NCBI RefSeq assembly: GCF_006345805.1
Contig: NC_043011.1
Coordinates: 65,422,464 to 65,486,463, forward strand
Reading direction: 5' to 3'
DNA from: Octopus sinensis
Lineage: Eukaryota
DNA length: 64,000 nt
In this document: piece by piece, positions 52,564-64,000 of the stretch
Position numbering within the stretch: position 1 is the stretch's first letter
Layout: each line of letters starts with the position of its first letter
Position numbers and translations under genes: made by a program
Notes under the pieces: generated by a model
The model's database searches: none
Told to the model about the DNA's origin: nothing
Seen by the model: only the letters and a program-made list of their open reading frames with translations

Positions 52564-55500
52564 AGAGGATATCTATGTAATTCTAAACTCTAGAGATTGT
52601 CATATATCAAAGATAGATTTGTACTTGAGACAAAATGTGCCAATCTATAAAATAATGAATAGAAAAAGCTAAACGGTTAAGTAAATATATATTCCACTAA
52701 GTACATTTCAAGGTAATATAATTAAACATAATCCGATTGATATTAAAATCTTTATTTTCAATTATTAGTTAGCATTTGGTATTAAAAATTAAAATTATGA
52801 GAAACTTGTAAAACAAAGATATACGTTTAAGTTTCAGATGTTTCCTTATTCTAGGTATTGATATATTTCAAACGTTCAAGATCGAATCATCGAAAAGATT
52901 TATTTGATAATGCATGCTGATTATGATTGCAACCATGTACCTATATTCAATAAATAAACCACAAATGCAGAAAGAAGAACCGGTATGTAAAAAGTCACCT
53001 GTAAAATAAATAGGAATGAATGTTAGACATAAACATTGAAAGTAGTGTCATGTGAATTACAGAATTATGTCGATGTGTATATATTTCTATTTATTAAACG
53101 TTGTTGTGTTACACGGCATATCACCGCAGATATTTCAGGTTTGTTGTAGAAATGAGCGACGGACATAAATTTCTAAAGAGACCACCAGAAAGAGAGCGAT
53201 GGTGTCAATGACGAGTTTGCACCGATTTATAATTAAAGAAAAACAGAAAGAGAATTATTGCGTAGGTAAAAATTGAGTCCTTGCTACTCGCCCCATGAAA
53301 AGATAGGGACTATATTGTTTAGCCCTTTTTGGCTGCTGAATATAAATGAAGGTTAACAAAATTGCGATGAATGAAATCACATTCATGAAACCTTTTTTCG
53401 TTTATTTTTCTAACCTTATAGAGTACCAGATGCTTTTATTAGGGGTCAAAATATTTTAATAATTATTTCATCTTCTTTCTATATGCATAAATGTGTTAAC
53501 ATTATTAACGTATTTTTATCGCAGTGATATTCAAATTCTCATATTCAAATTAGTTTAGCAGAACTGCCATCATTCCATCAATTACAAATGGATATATTAC
53601 AATAAATTATATTACTACAGAAGTCCCTCACCATATCGCGGTTCACCTATCAGAGTATATTTTTTTAAAGATCACGTCGATTTCTCCCTGGTGTTGTTTT
53701 GTATTTATAATAATAACAAATATGTACAGATTATTAAAGAAAATAAAAATCAATATACAGTACGGCACAGTTTTTATCTATCTCCTGGTTTTGGAACATA
53801 AATCCGCGATAGTCGAGGGATTACTCTACTCCAATTATTGACAAATCTGTAACACGGTGATGTCACTACTGGAGAATATGTGAGAGGTCTCCATTATAGT
53901 GAGTATTGATAAACGGTATTGTAATTAAGATTGTAATGTATTGTTTTATATGCGAGTCCTGGAGTAGATTTGAAATGGAATCAAAGAAATACAATAATTA
54001 TAAATTTCTTAACATGAAATCACATACCTTGTCTGAACTTCCGCGATACTGAAAGCAAAAAGTGTCGTGATTTTGAGAGTGCCACAACAGGGAATTCAAT
54101 TTATCTGTACAGATATATCTTAATTACGATGATATGTTTTCGAATCTTATAACAATCGTGATATAAAATATCATCATTATATACGTGAGTGATCAGTGAT
54201 AACTGAAGAGAAGAGCTAATCTTTGGCGTTACCTGTGTGCTTTAATAATAGGAGTTGATTAAATGCGATGGAATAAAAGTATCGCAGATTATTTGCATTA
54301 CGTTACCGATTTGCTGACCATTATTTCGAAGCACTCAAATAGTTCGAGTAATGCTAAAATGAATTATTCAGTTATTTTCTGATCGTCAGTTGATATTGAA
54401 ACTAAAGTGCAGCGAGATGCTGTCTTTGAGTTTTATTTAGTAAAGCCAATCAAATATATATTTTTGATTCAGACTCGGTGCTCCCAATAATATAACAATT
54501 ATAAAACTTTATCTTATAGCTAGGAGAGTATGGTAGTTTGCTTGAAGCATTGTTTATTTTTTATAAAGAATAAGTTTTCAATGGTACAACAATGCACTAT
54601 AATCTTTAGAAAAAGGCATGGACTATATACCTGTTGAAATGTAGTTATCCATAGTCCGATGGATATTTCGGAATACATATTTCGGAATGCAATTCCTTCT
54701 TCAGATATTCTTAGATGGATTAGCTGCTATACACTTATTGTGGTTGTAATTACGTTACAAACCACATAAAGATTGGACACACCCTAACAACTATTTAATT
54801 AATTTTTAAATGCTGCAGTATAGTATACTACAATATAATTGAATGAAAAATGGTAATAAGAAATGCTTTTGAATTGTTATGACTATATATATTTGACGCG
54901 GTAACATTTTTGTTGAACCTGTGGCATCTTTTCTCCTAGTGTATAAACTATGCAAATGATATCGAAACTTTGACTGTATATTTATGATGTTTTTATTCTC
55001 ATCGACATCTGTCGGTTGCAATCGTTCTCCGTATCAAACTAAATTTACATCTTTCGTAACAACAGCATACATGCGGAAGCTATACATTAGATATTACTGC
55101 AATATAAAACGCAATTACAATAGTATCCTGTTAATGCGTGCGACCGCCATATTTTCCAATTAAACACTAAGCTCCTTGCTTCCAATGTGGTTTCAGAGAC
55201 ATTTTTTTAAGTCTGATGGAAAAGTATATTTTTCCGAAAGAAATCTTTACTTCGAGGGAGGGCAAATTTAATTGAAAGTAGTATCAAATACAAGTACAGT
55301 AAGAGTTACAAATAACTTACGTGGCACGTGTGAATACTATCAAACAGATTGTAACACATCCAGTTAACGTTATTCTCGAATCTTTTTTTATCCAAACATT
55401 TCATTAAGTTATCGAAGATCCTGGAAAAACCAAATATCTTTGGAAACATAATTTAAAACGCGAAAATTATATTTCTACGTGGAAACTAAAGGAACTACGT

Positions 55501-55699
55501 AGAAACTAAATTCTATTCGTTATTTATGAATTATAAGACGTGAATATCTCTACTCATGTCATACCACGCATAGACACACACATTCTCTCTTTCTCTCTCT
55601 CTGTCTCTCTGTCTCTCTTTCTCTCTCTCTCTTTCATCTACTCACACACAATTGCACACGCACCACATATTTATACGTATGTAAGCATATATATATATG

Positions 55700-55890
55700 G
55701 GGGAGAATTCACAAAAAATAAAAGACGAAGACAGGTAGTGTAGCCAAATAACAGATGTATTAGTATAACGCTAGGGAAGTGAAAAATTCTTTAACGTTTC
55801 GAGCCAACGCTCTTCCAAAAATAGGAACACAGAAAAAAACAAGGAGAGAAAATAAAAAATGTGTAGTGTCTAGAAATCGAACGTGACCTC
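55700..55890 (-). repeat. Probable Penelope-like terminal-repeat remnant
   Basis: GAAGAGCGTTGGCTCGAAACGTT block, lying next to PLE coding fragments. Family assignment is from recall. Confidence 0.5.
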
Positions 55891-56199
55891 GAGATTCTCA
55901 AACACAAAAAAATCTTAGTAGCCATCTTATATAATTTGAAATTGAACACCGAAATATTTACCGAATAACAAGCCTACAGATTAAAGAGTGTATGTATAGG
56001 GAATCCAGGTGGACACATATGAAGGCAATAATTTAAATAAGCAAATGAAACTTCATGTGTTTGGTATACAATAATGACACTGCAATTTAAAGGGTATAGA
56101 CAGTCAACAGATGAGATACACAGATAGTGAATAGAAAAGCTTTGTTGTGGTGAAGTTATTTAAAATTACACCTCGAAACATTTACTGAGGACAAAGACT

Positions 56200-56715
56200 G
56201 CGGAGTAAGAAGTGTCTATCATAGGTATCGAGGTGAACCTCTCTCTCCCTAACAGGTTGTTCCTGTTATTAGATAGAGAATGCTTTACTTTTAGGCGCTG
56301 GGCTACTTTTCTTTGTTTCTGTTCTTTTGGATTTTGATTGTTTGATCTAGGGGGATGTGTATTTATTTGTGTAGATGTATTTGTTCTAGTTTGTTTTATG
56401 AAGGGGTTATCTGAAGTGTAGTCTCTTTTAAATTGAACTTCATAATTGAGGAAAAAGTTAATACTGTTTTCCCTTCGTTGCAGGGAAATTATTTCTTCCG
56501 TCTCACAGCTGTCTTTCCATAATTTTAAAGCACTTTCCAAAAGTTCTTCATCAGCATATTTGGTGAGTTCTATGTGTATTTCCTCATCGATCTTATTGTA
56601 TCTTTGTTCGGTATTTGATGCTCTGAGTTTGAATAACACAATCTCTACTTTTATTTTTTCTAATACTAATTTCTCCCTAAGTTTCCTTTGTTGTTCTGGT
56701 TCTTCTGGGATTGGT
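56200..56715 (-). mobile_element. Probable N-terminal ORF fragment of a Penelope-like element
   Basis: Open frame 56166-56639 (KYADEELLESALKLWKDSCETEE...DNPFIK), abutting the GIY-YIG fragment. Confidence 0.5.
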
Positions 56716-56719
56716 TTAA

Positions 56720-57150
56720 TTTGAAATTACGAAGCTTTACAAAACAACCACGAAACCAATGGTTGAAAATGTGGACACCCAGACTGGAACCTGCCCCAAT
56801 CTGCTTCAAGGCTCGGATTTCCTTTTCAAAAAAGGACAGAGGTTCACAATTAAAACTAGTTTCAATTGTGCCACTGAGAACCTAATTTATGTCACAACCT
56901 GCTCGGGTTGCGGACACCACTATATTGGACAAACCAGTATACACTCGAGAAAGAGAAGCATTCTACATAAAGAGCAAATCTGCTTCCCGCAATACAGACA
57001 CATTTTTCTCAGTGAACGTAATAAAATGTGCAGGTAATATCAAACACATTTTCAGTCTTCCCTTTCTACGAGTGCAAAGATGCAATCTCTCAACTAGAAC
57101 GTTTAAATAAAGAAACTTTTTCATTGAAAAATACAAAACACGTCTTAATA
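56720..57150 (+). mobile_element. Penelope-like GIY-YIG fragment
   Basis: KGQRFTIKTSFNCATENLIYVTTCSGCGHHYIGQT..RKRSILHKEQI. Homologous to 51118-51400. Confidence 0.9.
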
Positions 57151-58021
57151 TGCACGCATAATCAACTTTTATCTTTTTACATATTTCAATTCACGATTAT
57201 AGCACTGTACATAAATCCCCTACTAAACAAGGTTTTTCAGACTTGTCTCTGCCTGTACACATATAAAATGCCCAACCATTACCGAAAGCTGAACAGTTAT
57301 CTCTCTTACCCACAACAATAACAATAGTAACGACAACCAATTACCTCCCTTTATTTATCTACTTCTGAAGTCATGCACTTATGAATTTCATCACACGCGA
57401 CACGGACAAAATATCTTCTTAAGCAAAAATATATATTCAAATAAGTAAAACACAATATCATTAATAACGATAGCGAAACCGGTCGATATATTAAAAATTA
57501 CATTAAAACTATGTAAGTGTGCGTATTTTCCTTTTTCTTTTCTTATATACATTACAACTCACCACATTGGGACAATCGAAATTCCTCTTTTCTCTTACTA
57601 CTACTATATATATGTAATTATGTTTGTATAATTTTGCGAATATCATATATAATATCTATCATAGTTTCATTATACAATACACACGTGCAGTCATCGTTTT
57701 CCACATACAAATTTAATTCCTTATCGCAATCTCTGCTTGCTAGAGATGTACACATCTTCCAATGGGACGCAGTCACTCTATCTGTAATGTAAAAAGAAAA
57801 TCAATTTTATTTTGGTCTATGGCTCTGAACATTTCCATAACCGTAGTAAACTATTTGAAAGATTAAGTTCATTTCTTTAACCGTTATACACACAAAAATG
57901 TCGATATCGTGAAAACTGATGGTGTATCACAAAGCAAGAACCTCGTGAAGTAGAATGGGGTGAAATGATGATTTGTTTTTGCTTTTTTGAAAATAGGAGT
58001 TATATTTTTCTTGCTCGTTCC

Positions 58022-58441
58022 AATACCTATTTCTTTACTACCCACGAGGGGCTAAATGCAGAGTGGACAAAGAAGGACAGTCAAACGGATTAAGTCGGTT
58101 ATATCGACAACAGTGCGTAACTGGTACTTATTTAATCGACTCCGAAAGGATGAAAGGCAAAGTCGACCACGGCGGAATTTGAACTCAGACCGTAGTGGCA
58201 GACGAAATACCTATTTCTTTACTATCCAAAAGGGTCCAAACACAGAGGGGACAAACAAAGACAGACAAATGTATTAAGTCGATTATATCGACCCCAGTGT
58301 GCGACTGGTACTTATTTAATCGACCCCGAAAAGATGAAAGGCAAAGTCGACCTCGGCGGGATTTGAACTCAGAACGTAACGACAGACGAAATACTGCTAA
58401 GCATTTCGCCCGGCGTGCTAACGATTCTGCCAGATCGCCGC
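58022..58441 (-). mobile_element. Tandem-dimer tRNA-derived SINE (~185-bp unit twice)
   Basis: Two copies of GAAAGGCAAAGTCGACC(A/T)CGGCGG(A/G)ATTTGAACTCAG. One complete head at 58441. Confidence 0.9.
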
Positions 58442-60084
58442 ATTGCTCGTTCAAGTACTTTGTACAAAATCGTCAGTGTTTTCATCCAGTCGGATATCCT
58501 TCGTATTATAACTAAACAGGTTGTTTTATCAATGACACGCTGTTAATGACATCTAGGACACACCTCTGTTAAAGTTGTTTACAATTACGTTTCAATAATC
58601 AACAGGAATTTTCTATACTATCGCTTCTGTTTCATAATCTGACGCAAATGAACGAAACAATTGCATTGTTAGAATTTATAGCTATACATTTTGCATATCA
58701 GATGTCTCGTAACGAATTGAAGTTTCGGTCTTTCTTGAGGGTAGTGAGAGATTATTCTTAATGCGCTTGTACAATTTTGAGATGTTTATGCACAATGTGT
58801 GTTGTTTGAAAAGCATTCTCAGCACCGCATTTCGGTGTACAACTAAAACTATGCATTGTGAATATATTATGATAATCTGAAATCTTGATAAACCGAAATT
58901 ATTATATATCGAAGCTAATCCTATTGGTTACCTACTAAAGTTCCACCGTTGTGTTTACTGGAATAGCGACATCGTGTGTCCGAAATGAAATCACATTCTC
59001 AAGCACAAATTTTATCAACGTAACTTATGTTGCATTCTGTTGCAGAGATCAAGTGGATACATTTGGGCAGTTGGTAATTAGTATAAGAAGGTTGAGAGTG
59101 AATTAGATGGAAAGCAGATGACATAGAAAAAAATAGAAACAGAATAGGTGGAGATGAATAAGAATAATAATAATATGGGAGGAAAGAATTATAATTAAAT
59201 ACAGATCGAATGAGGAAACAGAGCCCCCCTCCAAAAAAACCCCCAGCGAAACCAATTATATACTATACTGAAAGGAAACATATGTAACTAAAAAGAAGTG
59301 AATAAGAGATGAAAAAGAATAAATAAATACAACCTTAACATCGGAAGAGATATAAAAAGAAGAAAGCGGTTGAACAATTCGGGTAATATTTTTCGCGAGT
59401 CAGGAACCCTCAAAACATTATGTTAATATATGCCGGCGCGTGTGTGTGTGTGTTTAAGAGCCAAGCATTATTGACAGTTTTATTTCATTTGCGTTTCTTC
59501 TAGAATGATTAAGCAGAATGCCATTACATTTTACTCTGTCGATGAAACCCATACTGATACTCATTCAATGCAGCAAGTAATTTTCTGTTTTTCTTAAGGG
59601 CTTGAGGCATGACACTAATCGTGAGGAAATTACAGCACTTATTTGCATTACATTTCTAAAATTTATTCTTCGCAGGAGCGTCGATATTTAGAGACTCTTC
59701 AGTGTACTACTCAGCATTATAGATTCTGTTGACAATGTCTGTGAATTTCTTAATACCACATGAGTCAAACATCTCATACGTTATTGTATCAGGCACTTGG
59801 ACTTTACCGTTTGTTAATTAATTATTTTTATTTATTTATTTACTTAATGCTTAAACATGCAGAGGGTCTACAATCTCAAATGCATTTAGATAGATCGTGA
59901 GGAGATTCTGTCGTGGCTTTAATCTTCAAGGTGTTCTCTCACGTTTTCAGCCACATATGTTAATGACCATAGTTTCATTAGGCAGTTTCCTACTTTTTTT
60001 TGTATAAAAGAATCCCATTATCATTTGAACATTATCATTTACTCCCTTGAATTTTCGACATATGTTTATTTATTGTACTGTAAT

Positions 60085-60341
60085 GGAGGCGCGTGGCTTA
60101 GTGGTTAGGGTGTCAGCACCATGATCGTAGGATTGTGGTTTCGATTCATGGACCGGGTGAGGCGGGGTGTTCTTGAGCAAAACACTTCCTTTCACGTTGC
60201 TCAAGTCTACTCAGCTGGCGAAAATGAGTAACGCCGCGATGGACAGGCGTTTCGTCCAGCTGGGGAACATATACGCCATAGAAACCGGGAAACAGGGCCC
60301 ATGAGCCGGGCTAGGCTTTAAAAGGGCGCATTTATTATTTT
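60085..60341 (+). mobile_element. tRNA-derived SINE of a third family, with a conserved-core-like central block
   Basis: A-box TGGCTTAGTGG, B-box GGTTTCGATTC, TTGAGCAAAACACTT..GTTGCTC..CAGCT block, ATTTATTATT tail. Confidence 0.85.
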
Positions 60342-61861
60342 TAATTGCCCGTGTCGAGATTCTCCATTTCAACATCCTGTGTGTATTTTGAAAAAAGTCT
60401 TGCTTTGTTTATAATTATTAGGACAATGGTCATTGTATTTAGTGTTACAACTTGAATTGTGTGTTTTTGCCAACATTTGACGTCAGCTTTTCTTTTTTAT
60501 GTTTCAAAGAAAATGTCATAAAAACATTTGACGGAGTATGTTATAGAGAGTTCATAACCTCCTTAGAAATATCCGGCTTAGATGAAAAGTCTATCATAAT
60601 TTTTTGTGTAATATTGGATCCAATATGTAGACATGTAAAATGGACCAGGATTTGCCGAAACCAATAGATATAAGACATCTAAAGGAATGATGAGTGTTAT
60701 TGACGTGCCTAAATAATATCTATGGCGATCGTATATTCATAAACTATAACACGCTCAAATTAAGCGCAGGAACATCAGGAATATGAATTATGCTTATGAG
60801 ATGTATCTATTTGCAAATAGGTTGGAACATTTCTTATAGAAGATCAAAATGATAAGAAATAATGATATTAATTCTAAATATAGATATTGAAATTTCTAAG
60901 ATATATATTAGAAATAAAAAGAGAAATGAACAAGACAGGGAAACATCATCAGGTAAATTGACAGAAGATTGAAGAAGTACAGAAATGTTGAATTTAAAAG
61001 GAAAATATATTAAGATGAATGCTATAAAATAAATGGAAATGTTAAATGGACATGGATAATAATGCAAGACATATTCACAATAAACCGGTTTACACTGTAT
61101 CTAAATCTGGTTGCAGAAATCTCAATTAAATCAGCTGGTTTAAAGCAAAATGACAGAAAATACGTAAATATCTGTTAAATCACAACTCAATCTGGAAGGC
61201 GTGCGTCCGTTCTTCTACAAAAAAAAAATGTGTCCATATGATGTCCGCACTCACTAAAATATATAAGATCTGGATTTAAGCAGTGTGTTCGAAGACTTGG
61301 ATCAGATAAATATATGGTGTTATTCTCCCCCGGAGATGTTGCGTTACAATGGCTTCGATTTCTCACGATACTTGATTGTATCTGTTGTTTAGATGGTCTT
61401 AAAACTGAATACGTGACTAGTCAACATAGTTGCATTACATTTGTGGATGTACCGGACTATAGATAGGGAATGTGTATAACATATTTTGAATTCGCATTTA
61501 TATTCCCCGATGTACTTGGTCTATTCAATCCTATTTTGAATGGTTGCTGTTATGTCTGACTGCTGTAAGACGAATTTTATAATACACACCTGGCGAAGTG
61601 GGGGAAGCTTCAGGGACCCGAAAGATATTAGAACCGGAATAGAAGACACCGAAATGAATGTATTATGTTTCCACATACGCATTGGTCAGACAATGATACG
61701 CTTCGACTATAGGAAGAGATGACGACATTTAAAATTTGTGAGAGAAAAAGCAAGAACTTATTACACTTTCACGGCATACGTACGTATTCTTATCTCTGTC
61801 TCTCGTTATCTTTCTCCTTATGAAGAGCGAATAAGATAGATAATCTTATAGGGATGTATGC

Positions 61862-61921
<60 letters not shown>

Positions 61922-62500
61922 TGTATGTATATATATAGTATGTATGTATAAATAATGGGAGAAAGGATAGAGAGAGTGAGAAAATGATTAATGATATTTA
62001 GATAAATATTTAAGGTGATAAAAAGGAGGACACAAATAAATTTTGATGCATGTATTATGATAATTCTACAGTTGAAATGCTACAAAGATAGATTTCCAGA
62101 TACATATAATCATTGGTATTTTAGATGTTACGAACGAAACTAATGGAATAATTAAGATACATACTTACTAACAAGAAGTAAAAAAATGAATAGGTAAAAC
62201 TTGCTCATCCCGTTGTCTCTCTATTAATAAATGCGACCAGTTAGAAGTCATCTGCAAATAGTTTCATCTTAAATAACTACGTATCATGTAACACATGTTT
62301 TGCATTAAATATAAGTACACGTTAACAGTAATTATATTTTTTCTCCTGCAGTAATATATTTGACATGGACACATTTATATGTGATATTTAAAAGAATTTA
62401 TCTACATATCCTGCTTTTGTTGTGCACAACTACTTATTAAAAAGAATTGTTGGGTCAACATCATCATTTTCAGACGTACCATGTGCCACATCCCACTATC

Positions 62501-62745
62501 CACATTTACCTATTTCTTTACTACACACAAGGGGCTAAACACAGTGAGGACAAACAAAGACTGACAAACGGATTAAGTCGATTATATCGCCCCCAGTGCG
62601 TAACTGGTACTTATTTAATCGAACCCGAAAGGATGAAAGGTTAAGTCGACCTCAGTGGAATTTGAACTCAGAATGCAGCGACAGACGAAAATACTGCAAC
62701 GCATTTCGCCCGACGTGCTAACGTTTCTGCCAGCTCGCCGCCTTC
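62501..62745 (-). mobile_element. tRNA-derived SINE
   Basis: GAAGGCGGCGAGCTGGCAGAAACGTTAGCACG head, GAGTTCAAATTCC B-box. Confidence 0.92.
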
Positions 62746-63101
62746 TTTTGACATTTATCATTCGAGTTAGTTTTTATAGAATTTGATAAAGAGACCGTCA
62801 GACGTTTGTGGTTGATAGTATCTCCGAATCAGAAATTCCCGATTTCTTTCGTCTTTTCGTAAGATGGACATGAACGCCATTCCTCTATTTGGCCGGCTTC
62901 AAAAATTGTTAAAATCTTAAAATATTTTACTTTAGTTCGACATGACATGTGCTTTGTGTCTGAAGAATATGTCTGAGTTCTCTGAACACAAGAAAATATT
63001 GGTAGCGCTTTAATACATACAACATGATCTTAAATATTATTTCTCTATCACCAGATGGAGAACTTTATTTGTTGAATTTTCTTCACAGATCACTGAATTT
63101 T

Positions 63102-63255
<154 letters not shown>

Positions 63256-63726
63256 GCGTGCATTTTTCCCTTGTTAACAGTTGACACGGAAAAAAAAGAT
63301 AAATAGTTACCAGGTTAGCAAAAAAATCACACAAGTAAAAAGGTTGTAACGCCTTGTTTTTAAATGTAGAAACTTCGGGTTTATGTGTAATATTTTGTAT
63401 AATATATAAAAATAAATAAATGGATTTAAACGCAGGTGTTATTCAAATTCTTTTAATTGCCACACCTGTTTCGAAGATAGTATTGAGAAAAGGTCGTCAG
63501 AATTTTGTAAAGAACCTTTTTAATTTTTTAAAATGATATCTTCATTTTCATATAGCGCTTTCGTTCGTATTTCGAATTTGTCAAATATAATGCTGTGAAT
63601 ATACAGATATATCGCTGATTTATATAAATCAGATGTTTTGGGGATATTTATTTATAAGAGAACATTGTTTTTTTTGGCTTTTTGGGGTGAGGCTTTGAAG
63701 ACAATAGAAGATGGATAGATAGATAA

Positions 63727-63789
<63 letters not shown>

Positions 63790-64000
63790 GATAGATAGAC
63801 AGATAGACAGATAGATAGATCGATCGATCGGAATATAGATAGATAGATAGTCAGACAGAGAGAAAGGAGGGTAGGGTAAAAGAGGGAGAGAAGGGCTATT
63901 CACTTTCCTATCCACCACAGGTTACTTCGGGGAACAGATTGCTTATGCTTTGAAATTACGTGTGCTGCCCTTCGCAATATAGCCATTTTGCAAGATCTAC

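Noticed and set aside
55790-55825. Hammerhead-like GAGC-GTTG-GCTC-GAAAC on the minus strand
   Set aside because: The CUGANGA core is absent (TTTTGGAA) and there is no stem III/UH. At best a dead relic.
60085-60160. tRNA gene (also the heads of the other SINEs)
   Set aside because: A and B boxes are present but there is no full cloverleaf, and the sequence continues into SINE body and tail.

Overview
Eukaryotic, AT-rich, repeat-dominated DNA with no host gene I can support. The SINE families resemble, from recall, those of octopus genomes; this is an inference and was not searched. Positions 1-29 kb are a cluster of at least 10 site-specific non-LTR retrotransposon insertions of the R4/Dong type (Myb-like N-terminus, RT, CCHC finger, restriction-like endonuclease). 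They belong to three distinct families, sit in (TAA)n tracts and are mostly stacked head-to-tail. Their junctions are unusual: 4-5 tandem copies of the last 24-25 nt at two 5' junctions, a 119-bp fold-back of the 3' end that also mirrors the flanking target, and an ~880-bp near-identical inverted copy of DNA from 22 kb away fused to one 5' end. Positions 29.6-33.5 kb are a three-layer nest: a CR1-group LINE, interrupted by a tRNA-derived SINE that shares the LINE's 3' tail, interrupted in turn by a 2.1-kb TSD-flanked element encoding only an ORF1-like RRM+CCHC protein (HAL1-like). The remainder holds CR1-group fragments, a mariner relic, a small non-autonomous Helitron, a ~4.1-kb internally deleted Helitron (Rep fragment plus Pif1 helicase), Penelope-like (GIY-YIG) fragments, SINEs and microsatellites. 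All TE ORFs are disrupted.
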